A stretch of 64,000 bases of DNA from Eledone cirrhosa. Lineage: Eukaryota. Each line of letters begins with the position of its first letter. The stretch's first letter is position 1. The DNA lies in NCBI GenBank assembly GCA_964016885.1, contig OZ024749.1:42966001-43030000 (forward strand), given 5' to 3'. Of the stretch, positions 46,560 to 60,809 are shown piece by piece. The notes under the pieces were generated by a model. The model did no database searches. It saw only the letters and a program-made list of their open reading frames with translations, and had not been told where the DNA came from. Position numbers and translations under genes: made by a program.

Positions 46560-47238
46560 ATTATGGTTGATGCTTATTATGTCTATGCTCTTGTAAAGAA
46601 ATGTGGAAACTTAGTCGGTTCTTGACGGATTTGAACAGAAACAGAAGTAACACACAGATTGAGATAACACTCCCCGTTAAGTTGGTTGTTTTATTGTCTT
46701 TACTGAATCTGCCGCTCACCGACTGAAAATAGATAACTATATGTCATCGTGAAAATTATTTACTGCATTAGATAAGAGGGTTTCTTTAACATAAAATCTC
46801 CTTTTGTATTGATAACGTTATCAAACTGACACGAAGAACGAAAAAGAAAATCGTTTGAAATAATCTATGTGTTGTCGAAGAAAGTGAAAGAATTTGCGAA
46901 ATTTTTACGAACGAAAGTTAAATTCGTAATGGATATTTTTACGATCCATAGACACACATAACTGTGATTGCTAATTTCTGGTTAAATAGAGTTAAGAGGC
47001 TGAATATTACTTATCTGTAGTGTAGACAGCAGCCAGGTTATAGAAAGTACTATTTACTGCACTAGTGTCTATTCTAGGAGGAGGCGATATCAATGAAAAA
47101 TATAAAGGTGGATAAACTCCTCTGTTGAAACTAGTTTACGAAACAGTTACCCCCGGGATTGTTGTTTTGTCTGAAGTATGAGCTAAATTTCTCTAAAATC
47201 GTTCATTTCTCTCTTACAAATATGAAGGCCACATTATA

Positions 47239-47451
47239 CAGGGTGATCACAAAATACTCCTTGATTTCAAATATTTATAATATCAAACCTTAAATGAATA
47301 TTCTTACAATATTGGTGGCTACAGTCGCATAAACTAACAAAGTTTCATTCCTCGTTGGCTCAATCGACTCGATCCGCTAGATGGCAGTGTAATTCAAGAT
47401 GGCGTTCCCTTCACAATAACGTTGCTGGTGTGTTTTTTGGTGGTCACCCTG
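47239..47451 (+). mobile_element. Internally deleted Tc1/mariner element
   Basis: TA|CAGGGTGATCAC ... GTGGTCACCCTG|TA. Retains a probable transposase start (ATGGCGTTCCCTTCACAA..TGGTGTGTT) just before the right TIR. Confidence 0.8.
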
Positions 47452-48037
47452 TATAATATAGTCTAACCAAATACAAACTACAGAGACAAACATTCTAGTT
47501 AAACAGAGATAGATATTTAACATGTGATGATAACAGTGGGAATGACTTTAACCATAGTTCAGCTCCAGAGTTGAACTCGAGCTAAACAACACAAGTAATA
47601 ATAACTACAACAGAAAACACACCAAATACAACAAATATACAATTAATCTAAGCTTCAACGTGTATATTTATGTGTTGTACGACGACTACTGTTGGAGAAG
47701 TCGTTGAAAAGTATACTCTTCAAATCATAAAAGACACATAACACATAAACAAACACACACTCAACAAGTAGATTTTATTTCGTTGGCCATTAACAGGTAA
47801 TGACGTATCTCAGCACATAATGATATGTAGTATAACAACATTTGTGCCTACGTAAAACATCCGTTTGCTATATATATGATATATATATGTATATATAAAT
47901 ATATATAGTGTAGATAGAACGCTGAACTACTGGTATTGGTACCAAATCAAGCACTCTATGCACAGGCAGAGTGTGTATATAATAGAAAAAACCGAGGAAG
48001 TTTCGTTTACATATGAAAAATATTTATTGCGTATGGA

Positions 48038-48127
48038 CCTGTTACGCGCGTTTCGCAGAGGATTGGCTCAAGATGACCCATAGGAGTTATGGACCCAACT
48101 CCAGTATCGATTGGTTCCTCAGACTGG
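48038..48127 (-). ncRNA. Expanded hammerhead-like motif, second copy
   Basis: CCAGU-CUGAGGA-ACC..GGAGUU/AACUCC..GGU-CAUCUUGA-GC-loop-GC-GAAA-CGCGCG-UA-ACAGG. Confidence 0.6.
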
Positions 48128-48843
48128 TGATGCGACAAAATATATATATATATACATATACATACATAGATATGCATAAAGATACATATACATATACATA
48201 ATATACATATACATACATACATATACATACATAAATATGCATATATATATATATATATATATATACTTATATATATTCATTGTGAACGAGAATATGCACT
48301 ATATGTTCTTATTCTGACCGCTGTAAAATTATGACAGCATTGAAACTTGTAAAATGTTCGTAAACCTGCCGAATGTATTGGCTGTGGGATACTCACAATC
48401 AGATATTCATGTCTAAATTCATCTATAAACTACATAAAATAAGATCAGACAAATGAAAAAATGTAACTATAGAAATAAACAACCACAACACGTAAGGAGG
48501 ATGTATTGTCTTCAAAATTGAGAGCCATGGAAATATGTTTTTAGTGTTTAGTTCCTATATTTTTAGATATTCTCTATCTAGAATTTTGTCACGATTTTAA
48601 CCGGGTGAAATATCTTTCAGTTCTACCTTGCAATATAAATTATTTTTCAGATTGCGTTGGAACAATTTGACAGAAAACTATATAGAAGGTATTCTTAGAG
48701 GAATTGCTCACAGAATATAAATGAAACACCGTAAATGCCTATGTTTTATTCAGCAGTATGTTTTTTTATTTTAACGCAAATATTTTCGAAATGAATATAA
48801 CAGTGGGTTGTGAATGATATGATATGTCAGTTAACAAATTAAA

Positions 48844-48887
<44 letters not shown>

Positions 48888-49450
48888 TACACACGCACAC
48901 ACACACATATATATATATATAGTACACACATATATATATGTTCATACATATATATATATATATATGTATATATACACACACGCACGCACACACATACATA
49001 TATATACACACGCACACACACACAGATATATATATACACACGCAAACACACACAGATATATATATATACATACGTATATATATATATACATATACATACA
49101 TCTATATAGATATATGTGTATATATATACATACACATATATACATATATGTATATATATATACATACATCTATATACATATATGTATATATATATACATA
49201 CATCTATATACATATATGTATATATATATACATACATCTATATATATATGTATATATACATACATCTATATATATATGTATATATACATACATCTATATA
49301 TATATGTATATATATATACATACATCTATATATATATATATATATATACATACATCTATATATATATATATATATATACATACATCTATATATATATATA
49401 TATATATATACATACATCTATATATATATATATATATATATATACATACA

Positions 49451-49484
<34 letters not shown>

Positions 49485-49486
49485 CA

Positions 49487-49520
<34 letters not shown>

Positions 49521-49603
49521 CATCTATATATATATATATATATATACATACAGCTATATACATATATATATATACATACAGCTATATACATACATACATC
49601 TAT

Positions 49604-49648
<45 letters not shown>

Positions 49649-49688
49649 CATCTATATACATACATACATCTATATACATGCATACATC

Positions 49689-49720
<32 letters not shown>

Positions 49721-50154
49721 TATATATATATATACATCTATATATACATACATACATCTATATACATATACACATATATATACATATACACGTATATATA
49801 TATATACATATATACACACATATATACATATACATCCATATATATACATGTTTGTGGTAAATATCAAAACGCTGGAGTGATATTGTTGGCGACATGTATG
49901 GCCCTCGTATAGAGAACAGATGAGTCGTAGATATTGGAAATCTGGAAACTTGAACGTCAGGTGATTTATGCATTGAGATAATAAATAAGAAAGATAATAG
50001 AAGCAGAAGCTATAAGCCCTTCATCGGGAGAAAGGTGGTAAGGAAAAGGATCCGAGAGGGTGTGAGGTGGGGGAGTGGGGGGGGGGGAGGAGTGGAGGAA
50101 AGGCATGAAAAAGGGGGGGGGAATAAAAATGAAATATATATATATATATGTATA

Positions 50155-50343
50155 TAGGAAAAGGTATGACCCCCGACGGCAGAGCTCAAGCCGTCTTGAC
50201 GGCTATTTCTGGACTAAATTCGTCGAAACGGCTTGAGCTCTGCCGTCGGGGTCATACCTTTTCCTATTTCTCACTCTACTACCCTAAGTATTAAGTACTC
50301 TGGTGCGTTATGGTCCATCTGGTTCCTTACCACAATTCCTTTG

Positions 50344-50345
<2 letters not shown>
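50155..50345 (+). mobile_element. Hairpin-plus-tail element, copy B
   Basis: Hairpin 50155-50266; tail homologous to copy A. Confidence 0.85.
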
Positions 50346-50378
<33 letters not shown>

Positions 50379-50602
50379 CCTCCCCCTTTCGGTAGGTTGT
50401 CTACGTATATATATATATATAGTAATAATAATAAATTTGAAGAATAAAATCCAAAGAGGGCTCAATAGGGATAAATAATTAATATATATATATATATATT
50501 AATTATTTATCCCTATCGAGCCCTCTTTGGATTTTAGTCTTCACATTTAGGTAGTAACTACCATGACTGAATCTTAACCATCTACTATGTCATGCATCAT
50601 CT

Positions 50603-50669
50603 TGTTTTATCTGATGAGGACGTACTGTTGAAGTTAGCTCAGTACCTCTGAAATATGTATAATAAAATA
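50603..50669 (+). ncRNA. Minimal type-I hammerhead motif within a (TA)n-flanked element (50498-50713)
   Basis: UGUUUUAU-CUGAUGA-GGACGUACUG-loop-CAGUACCUCU-GAAA-UAUGUA-UA-AUAAAAUA. Confidence 0.8.
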
Positions 50670-50727
50670 TACTTGATCACACGAATGTCTATTTTTGTTA
50701 ATATTTTGAATTAATATATATATATAT

Positions 50728-50916
50728 AACGAAGGAAATGTGGTAACGAACCAGGTGGACCATAACGCATCAAAGTATTCAATACTTAGGGTAGTAGAGT
50801 CGGTAATAGGAACAAGTAAGACACCGACGGCTGAGCTCAAGCCGTTTCGACGGCTAATTCTGTACTGAATTAGCCGTCGAAACGGCTTGAGCTCAGCCGT
50901 CAGGGTCTTACTTGTT

Positions 50917-50920
<4 letters not shown>
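50728..50920 (-). mobile_element. Hairpin-plus-tail element, copy C
   Basis: Near-perfect hairpin 50807-50920 around the loop TGTACT; tail is the reverse complement of that of copy B. Confidence 0.85.
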
Positions 50921-50971
<51 letters not shown>

Positions 50972-51211
50972 AGATGGATAGAGAGAGAGAAAGAAAGAGA
51001 GACAGGAGGGACATATTTCCGTGTACTTTAGGTATGATCGAGCATGCATTCCCGAAGATATGTATGCAAGTGTGTGTATTTTTGAGCTGCTATCACGAAA
51101 TGTTTCTCCCATTATACGAAGAAATGTGTTTTGTTTCATTTAACAGGAAAAAACAGAATGGCGTATAACACCGTGAATCACAACCATTATAAATAATGAT
51201 AGTTATATCAA

Positions 51212-51257
<46 letters not shown>

Positions 51258-51873
51258 TTATATATATATATATATTTATATATACATATATATATATTTA
51301 TATATATATATATATTTATATATACATATTTATATATATATATTTATTTATACATATTTATATATATATATATATATATTTATATATTTATATATACATA
51401 TTTATATATATATATATATATTTATATATACATATTTATATATTCATATATACATATTTATATATATATATATATATTTATATATACATATTTATATATA
51501 CATATTTATATATATATATATATATATACATATTTATATATATATATTTATATATACATATTTATATACATATTTATATATATATATTTATATATACATA
51601 TTTATATATATATATTTATATATACATATTTATATACATATTTATATATACATATTTATATACATATTTATATATATATATTTATATATACATATTTATG
51701 TATATATATATACATATTTATATATATATTTATATATATATATATATACATAGTTATATATATATATACATATATATACATATTTATATATACATATATA
51801 TATACATATATATATATATACATATATATATACATATATATATATATATATTTATATATACATATATATATAC

Positions 51874-51904
<31 letters not shown>

Positions 51905-52027
51905 CATATTTATATATATATACATATTTATATATATATACATATATATATATATATACATATATGTATATATATATACATATATATATATATATTTATA
52001 TATATATATATATATACATATTTATAA

Positions 52028-52065
<38 letters not shown>

Positions 52066-52557
52066 ATACATGCATGCATATAGTGACATATTAAACAGAA
52101 TTTATATTGTAAATGACACGAGAGTTATGTTTAACCGATTCTTTACATGAGGTATATAATGGGATTTCACTGTGTGCACACATTTCTACGTGAGAAAGAA
52201 AGAGGGAGAGAGCGAGCGAGAGACAGAAGAGAGAGAGAGAGAGAGAAAAGGAGGAAGTGAGAAAGAGGGAAAGGAAGAGAGCCCTTGGCTCTGTTAGACA
52301 TCAATATCCCAATGTAAATCAGCGTGATCATGTACTCTACCCTGTCAGAACATCCGAAATTAGAGTCAACTTCGGCAATAAAGAAAAGTGTTTGTTTTGC
52401 GGAACATCGTACATTGGAGATTCCCAACCTCAGCGTTTATCCTACTCTCTCTCTCTGTCTGTCTGTCTGTCTCTCTCTGTGTGTGTGTGAGATATATAGA
52501 TAGATAGAAAGATAAATAGATAGAGAGAAAATTAATATATATATATATATATATATG

Positions 52558-52588
<31 letters not shown>

Positions 52589-52712
52589 TAGGTTATTCAG
52601 TAGATTTGTGGTTTATTGAGGAAGGTAAAAATATTACCACTGTAAGCTATAGCAGAGTCTATATATACTAAACCTCCTTTTTTTCTGTGTGTATATATAT
52701 ATATATACATAT

Positions 52713-52751
<39 letters not shown>

Positions 52752-52808
52752 AGTTTATCTCGGGTTCAATCGGAGGTAACCACAGTAAGTAAAGTACTCA
52801 ATACAAAG

Positions 52809-52966
<158 letters not shown>

Positions 52967-53000
52967 CGAAAGAGAGTGAAGGAAAGAGATTGGAGTAAGG

Positions 53001-53032
<32 letters not shown>

Positions 53033-54137
53033 TGATGAATAAACGTTCATCCTAGGCATAATGGTCAAAGCTATAAATCCATGGCGTTGGGAATGCAGCC
53101 ACTGATTATTGGTAGGTTATTTTGTGGACGCCTGAAAGGTAAAGTCTAAAATTTGCTCTGACGGGAATAGAACTCATAATGGAAAGACCCCTAATTGATC
53201 TTGCAAATATTTGTTCATTGTGCTAACGATTCTACCATATGTATTTAAGATATGGATTCAATCGTTCGAAAATTTCGTGTCTATGTTACATAAATCGAAA
53301 TTGCTTATCAGCTTCTTGTTCGTCTGACAATCTACTCTACTTGCTTACTTTACTAATGTAATATATGTAGTTCATTATAGCAGAAAGTTTTGTAATTTCT
53401 GGTATAATATATAATTCAGAACATCTATCTTGCTGTCGCCCGGGGTACCACATTCGCAATTTTTACCCCTGAGGCCATTAGCCAAAATGCTTCTAATGCT
53501 GTAAAAAGGATATGAGATGGTGGCAGTGTTTTTAATTAATAATTTTGTTTTAACAACGTTATAGTATCTTAGTCAACTATTCATTGTTGGTGATATAATA
53601 TTGAATCTTTTTACATACGTTATTCTTTATATTCTTCACACCTCAATTATATTTTTGTTATCCATTCGATATATAAGATGAAATAGAATCCCAGCACAGC
53701 AGAACTTCTACTGTTATGAAACGAATTCAGCGTTCCTCAATCACCTTTCAAGATCGCTAACTTCTATCTTTCAAACTGCCAAAAGATATTAGCGTAAGAC
53801 TACTTATTAAAAATATAAAGAAGACTGTGAATGGCGCATCTCATTTTTCAAAATAGTTGACGGCAACATATTAATAAATTGAGAACCAATACAGTGTCGC
53901 TACAGAATTCATAGGAATGCAGAACCATTTACATGAATTTAATAAACGTATAACAAGTGTCATTTTTGAAATTAGATCTTAAATATTCATGATCCTGTGT
54001 GTGTGTATGCATTGACGTAGACATGCGGATAGGTAAGGAGTTCGCTTCGCAAAAACGTGGTACTGGGTTAAAATCCGCACATGGCAGCTCGGGAAAATGT
54101 CGTAGAAATACACACACACACATATACACACACACGC

Positions 54138-54172
<35 letters not shown>

Positions 54173-54911
54173 CATATATATGTGTATATAATATATAGAT
54201 ATCAATCAGAATGGAAAATATGTTAGACCATTATTAAGTAATATGAAGGATTCGTGGCCCTGACGGCTGAGCTATTATTTGTTCTATGCTAGTGAAGCGT
54301 TTACTTCTTTCAATGTATCCATGTAACCCATTACGATTTTCCCTACCCCATCGTTTATTATGTATAAATACATACACATGCAACCGCCCACATACATACA
54401 TATATCTATATACAATTGTTTCAGCAATGTTTTGTAATAATCATTTTTCTTACTATAGTATAATAGAAAAAATAAAAATATTAATTATATTGTTGTTGTT
54501 GTTAATATCAGTATCATCATCACCATTATTATTATTATTGCTATTTTAATGATGATAATGATTTTTAGGATGTAGATGATGATTTCATTTGTATATTAAA
54601 TATTGATTTTTATCTCATAATAACATTATTTCAAAATTATTCTTCGTATGAAAATAAAAATTAAAAAATATAACTTAACTAACAACTGCAATCGTAAATA
54701 AAATACAATCATTTTTTTTTTAGATATCGAAAACGAAACACGCCATCTTAAAGCAATAAACACTGATTGGATATGAATTAATGTAGCTTATCTGGGAGCA
54801 TCATGACCTTATGAAATATGTAATTAGGGTCATGGTGAAGATAAATATGTGTTTGGATGTCTGACAAGAAATACATGTTACATCATTGTCTAACAACACC
54901 ATGTTGTAGAA

Positions 54912-55057
54912 CATGCATGGGCAACCTTTTTCGAGCAGTGGGCCACATAGGATGTGGCTTATCATATGGCGGGTTGTACTACTAAAGAATTCAAGGCAAT
55001 TTTGGAATTAGGCGGGCTATTCAGAATGCCAAACGGGCCGCAGTTTGCCTATGACTG
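54912..55057. mobile_element. hAT (Charlie-like) MITE with 8-bp TSD TTGTAGAA
   Basis: TTGTAGAA|CATGCATGGGCAAC ... TTTGCCTATGACTG|TTGTAGAA. Confidence 0.85.
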
Positions 55058-55636
55058 TTGTAGAACATTCGTCTGCATAAGAACGTGAAATTCTGATCAT
55101 TAACAGATAAACCTGCCCGTAAAATTAACCTTATAAAATATGTAATTAGGGTGATGGGGTGGATAAATAAATGTTACAGCCCACTTTAACCGCACCATGT
55201 TGTAGGACCTCCGTCAGTAACGAAGATGAGAGTTTCCGCAGATTAACAGAAAAGCCTATCCATGAAATTGACGTGTAAGTGACTGAGCATTTCATAGATA
55301 GATGTACTCTTCAGATAATTCTAATGGGGATTCAGAACGCTACATTGACTGACAGCCTTAGCCTGTTGATTAACTGATGCTTATGGCTTGCTGTCATATA
55401 TAAGGGGTATGCTTGAGCAGGGATATTTGTGCCATTGGTACGACTAAAAAGATGTCTCTGTACATTAACGCTGAAGAAGTGTTTAATATTTTTCTCAGAA
55501 AATGCCAATGATTTTGCAGTAATAAATTCATGTTTGGGTACAGAGCTAACTTTTACATTATTCTTATTATATTATTAGTGTGTTGTGTTTTGCGTGGCTA
55601 AGGAATAAATAAGAAGAAAGAAATGATTGTCCCCTT

Positions 55637-55693
<57 letters not shown>

Positions 55694-55697
55694 CTAT

Positions 55698-55747
<50 letters not shown>

Positions 55748-55986
55748 GCATTGATGTATTTGTGCATTTATAGGTATATGTCTAAAAACAACACACAATT
55801 TCCCTCCTCTTCTTTCTATTTTTACTCTCATCTGTCCCCCCCCCCCTCAGAATCATACACTCTACCTCTCAATCTATTTTCCGATAAAGGACTACCATCT
55901 GAAACTTAAGACAAATTCTCAGGCGTTAAACTAATACATTATCTCGTTCTCTTTAATGGTTTTTTTTTCTTATTGACTTTTTTATG

Positions 55987-56051
<65 letters not shown>

Positions 56052-56232
56052 ACATACACGCACACACACACACACAGACGCACGCACACACACAAACACA
56101 TATATATATATATATGTATAGTTAGCTCGAGAATTAGGTTGATTTATCTATATAATTATGGGTGTGGGTGAGTGCGTGTGAGTACCGTGTGTGTATGCAT
56201 CAATATATGTGTGTGTATGTATGTGTGTGTTG

Positions 56233-56275
<43 letters not shown>

Positions 56276-56500
56276 CGTGTGCGTGTGTGTGTGCGTGTGT
56301 GTGTGTGTGTGTAAGTTTCTGGATTTCTCTGTATAGTTATTTCAGTAAGTTATCTCAACTTCTTTTCATCCTGATACTAAATTATAGCAGGTTAATTAAA
56401 TTTTCCCTGCCTTATTATTTACGACGGACATTTTAATTAACCTAGATAAGCAAATATTTACGCATTCATCATTTTTTTAACCGAAAAAGCTGTATAAATA

Positions 56501-56559
<59 letters not shown>

Positions 56560-56627
56560 CTATATATCTATATTGATGAAAGAATATTATTAACGATGTA
56601 TAAAAACATTCATACACACACACACAC

Positions 56628-56736
<109 letters not shown>

Positions 56737-56762
56737 TATATATATAAATATATATATATATA

Positions 56763-56814
<52 letters not shown>

Positions 56815-56961
56815 AATATATATAAATATATATATATATATATAAATATATATAAATATATATATATATATATAAATATATATAAATATATATAAATATA
56901 TATATATATATATAAATATATATAAATATATATATATATATATAAATATATATAAATATAT

Positions 56962-56998
<37 letters not shown>

Positions 56999-57079
56999 AA
57001 TATATATAAATATATATAAATATATATATATAAATATATATAAATATATATATATAAATATATATATAAATATATATAA

Positions 57080-57110
<31 letters not shown>

Positions 57111-57120
57111 AATATATATA

Positions 57121-57195
<75 letters not shown>

Positions 57196-57197
<2 letters not shown>

Positions 57198-57390
57198 CAA
57201 AGAAGGTGTGGTAAGATACCAGGTGGACCATAACGCACCAGAGAACTCGATACTTAGGGTAGTAGAGTGGGTAATAGGAAAAGAGTCAGGACCCTGACGG
57301 CTGACCTCCGGCCGTTTCTACAGCTTGATCTAGTTCGGATATAGCTGTCGCAACGGTCAGAGCTCAGCCGTCGGGTTCTTGACTCTTTTC

Positions 57391-57393
<3 letters not shown>
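57196..57393 (-). mobile_element. Hairpin-plus-tail element, copy D
   Basis: Hairpin 57275-57393; closest in sequence to copy A. Confidence 0.85.
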
Positions 57394-57446
<53 letters not shown>

Positions 57447-57640
57447 ATAATAATAAAATTGAAGACTAAAATCCAAAGAGGGCTCGATACCCATGGTATC
57501 GTCTTCCTGTCTTCCTCCGGTTGCAACGTTTTTTTGAAATATCCAGTTCTGCGTTTACAGATTGACTTTGTTAGTTTCAGAAGATCCCGTTAAGGGTGAA
57601 AGCAGCGATTCTTTACTTAAACTTTAATCTGTTATTTTAA

Positions 57641-57720
<80 letters not shown>

Positions 57721-57729
<9 letters not shown>

Positions 57730-57888
57730 GTGAGGTTTTTTTTACAAAATGAAAAATAACCGAGGTGTCCTACACGAGTGGAAGTATAAAGAAAAAGGGA
57801 TGAAATCGAAAATGCAACTGAAGTCTTATTTTTAAAAAAAATATATATATTTATTTGGTTCCTTTACCGGTTTCGCAGTTCTTCTGAT
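57721..57888 (-). mobile_element. (TA)n-anchored module with a decayed HHR 3' half (GAAA-CCGG-UA); inverted copy at 59960-60129
   Basis: ATTAGAAAGTGAGG..CCGAGGTGTCCTACACGAGT..CCTTTACCGGTTTCGCAG matches the reverse complement of 59960-60129. Confidence 0.75.
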
Positions 57889-57904
57889 ATCTTCGGTGCC
57901 TACC

Positions 57905-58205
57905 TATTCCTGGGAGGGTCTTGGTGTACAGTCTTAGAATATGACCCCCAGCCGGTTCTGTCAGATGCGACTGTCTCAAATTGATTCGGCTGGATCCCCA
58001 AGCGAAACCAGCCAAGGTCATGGATGTTATCCAACCATCTTGCTCAGGATCTACCCCCTGGGTGTCAAGCCCCGGTTGAATTTGCCCGCAAAATCTGTCC
58101 ACAAGCCCATTGTAACGAAGCTGTGATCTCTCGGTTCCAAGAAGTAGCGGCTCTACCTGGAATGATTCGCTCATCTCCGAGCTACGTGCTCTATCGCGTA
58201 ACATG
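57905..58205 (-). pseudogene. Decayed 3' end of an RTE-clade LINE ORF
   Basis: RDRARSSEMSESFQVEPLLLGTERSQLRYNG followed by frameshifted GRPRTRWLDNIHDL-like sequence. Confidence 0.75.
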
Positions 58206-58506
58206 GGATTTATGAATAAAAATGTATAGTTGCTTGCTAAAATAGATTTACATACAATATTCAACTACACATGTTTTTCCAGAGATTATACTGCAGTGAA
58301 TATAGAACAATGCACTATATATCTCGACATATGCACACCTAACCTTATATGCATAAATACATACTTGCATAAATGCAAACTTGTACACACACACACACAT
58401 ACACACACATACAGACACACATACACATACACACACATATATATATAAATATATATAAATAATATATATATATATATATAAATGCATACATACATACATG
58501 CATATA

Positions 58507-58577
58507 TTGGTTCGTCAAGTTTGTAGAAATCTTTTGAACTAACACACATTTCTACAAATTTCATACTTGACGACCAA
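58507..58577. mobile_element. ~70-bp hairpin MITE, copy 2
   Basis: TA|TTGGTTCGTCAAGT..ACTTGACGACCAA|TA; homologous to 33192-33268. Confidence 0.7.
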
Positions 58578-59243
58578 TACATTTTTTTCGTCTCTATATG
58601 AGTGGGAACATGTATACGAGTGGTTGTGTGAGTGTATAAGGATGTAATATAGATCTGTGTACAATGATACACACACTCTATTCATAACCTCATATATATA
58701 TTTATTTTTTTCTTTCGCATATTATAAGCGTTGCAATATAGAGAATAGACTTGTGATATCTTTTGAAATCTGAATATAAATTATAAATATATATTAAACT
58801 TGCATTGAGTAAACATATTAAAATATATTTCTATTGATATCTTAAAGGGGTGTTAGGTTATTAAATCATGAAAATGCTTCGATTTTGGCATCACTTGTAC
58901 TATGGGATTATGGAAGCGTCATGGCTTCACCAATATGAAGTAATAACAGTTGCTACAAGATTGATTGAATCGTTACAGCAGCGAACTAAGGGATTTACAA
59001 TATGAAGATGAAGCCCTTAAGATTATGAGTTCAAATAACGTCAAGATCAACTTTGTCTTTTATCCTTCCTGAGTCGATAAAATAAAGGGGCAGATACGTA
59101 GTGGCATTAATGTACTCCCCCCCCTTTCCCCACTCACACATACACACTAACGCGTATTGCTGTCATTGTAATCATCATTATCAACATTCTTCTTCTGAAC
59201 ACATCTGATCTCTTCCTAAGACGTACACACACATTAAATACAC

Positions 59244-59436
<193 letters not shown>

Positions 59437-59500
59437 TAGATAATTCGGAAGAAAAAGCAAAGGAAAAGAAGAGTGCTCTATGTATAGAACAGAGCCATTT

Positions 59501-59638
59501 AATTAGAAAGTGAACAACAATATATAACTACTCCATTACCAAAGGTTTCAGGACCCTAGACGATATTAATGTATGTCTAGGGTCCCTGAAACCTTTGGTA
59601 ATGGAGTAGTTATATATTGTGTTGATCACTTTCTAATT
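59501..59638. repeat. Near-perfect 138-bp fold-back palindrome
   Basis: ..CTCCATTACCAAAGGTTTCAGGACCCTAGAC-13 nt-GTCTAGGGTCCCTGAAACCTTTGGTAATGGAG.. Confidence 0.95.
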
Positions 59639-59649
59639 TAAAAAAAAAA

Positions 59650-59682
<33 letters not shown>

Positions 59683-59732
59683 ATATTATTCAAAATATTA
59701 ATAAATGGATAAATTCACATAATCAAAATATA

Positions 59733-59799
59733 TGTTTTATTATATATATTTCGGAGGTATTGTGCTGTTTTTTTCAGTACGCCCTCATCAGATAAAATA
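59733..59799 (-). ncRNA. Minimal type-I hammerhead motif (same subfamily as 50603)
   Basis: UAUUUUAU-CUGAUGA-GGGCGUACUG-loop-CAAUACCUCC-GAAA-UAUAUA-UA-AUAAAACA. Confidence 0.8.
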
Positions 59800-60138
59800 C
59801 ATTAAGTGATGTATGACATACCTCAGCTATACTGATGGTTCAATTCCAGTTTTGGCAGTATATATATATATATATATATATGTAGAGGTTATATTTAATT
59901 TGTTGGGATACAGATGTGAGAAAAACCACAGACCCTCCATCTCAACTCTACTTTTGAAAAGCAGAAAAACTGCGAAACCGGTAAAGGAACCAAATAAATA
60001 TATATATATTTTTTTTAAAAATAAGACTCCAGTTGCATTTTCGATTTCATCTTTTTTTCTTTATACTTTTACTCGTGTAGGACACCTCGGTTATTTTTCA
60101 TTTTGAAAAAAAAACCTCACTTTCTAATATATATATCT

Positions 60139-60359
60139 CTAGACGATCGACTTTTATCAAATCGGACCGAGCGAACAATGTTTCCGTTGGTCTTTCCAAT
60201 TGCTAATACTATCTATCGGTCGCAACTCCAGGTAGAAGGAGCAACGTGAAAATAAAGTGTCTTGCTCAAGGACATAACGCATCGCCTAGTCCAGGAATCG
60301 AACTCACAACCTTACGATTGCGAATCCAATTTCTTAACCACTCAGCCACACGCCTTCAC
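60139..60359 (-). mobile_element. Composite CORE-type SINE plus tail, copy 2
   Basis: Reverse complement of 903-1121 with few substitutions. Confidence 0.8.
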
Positions 60360-60511
60360 AATATATATATATATATATATGCAAAAGTTTTATTTAAAAT
60401 CGTTGGGTTACAACGAGTAAATATTTTATAACTGATATAAAAGCACTCAACAAGTTTTGGAGTTTATTTACGATATTAAACAAATGGAAACTACATTTAT
60501 AAAACCATATT

Positions 60512-60577
60512 TATTTCATTATATATATTTCAGGGATATCATATTAAAAATATGGTATGCCCTCTTCAGACAAAATA
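60512..60577 (-). ncRNA. Minimal type-I hammerhead motif, left arm of the palindrome
   Basis: Reverse complement of 60704-60769. Confidence 0.75.
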
Positions 60578-60703
60578 CAATATATAAACAGTTTTATAAA
60601 TAAATAGACAGTTTTATAAATAAATAACCAGACAAAATACAATATATAAACAGTTTTATAAATAAATAATGTCAAATTTATTTATAAAACTGTTTATATA
60701 TTG

Positions 60704-60769
60704 TATTTTGTCTGAAGAGGGCATACCATATTTTTAATATGATATCCCTGAAATATATATAATGAAATA
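60704..60769 (+). ncRNA. Minimal type-I hammerhead motif, right arm of the palindrome
   Basis: UAUUUUGU-CUGAAGA-GGGCAUACCAUAUU-UUU-AAUAUGAUAUCCCU-GAAA-UAUAUA-UA-AUGAAAUA. Confidence 0.8.
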
Positions 60770-60809
60770 AATATGGTTTTATAAATGTAGTTTCCATTTG
60801 TTTAATATC

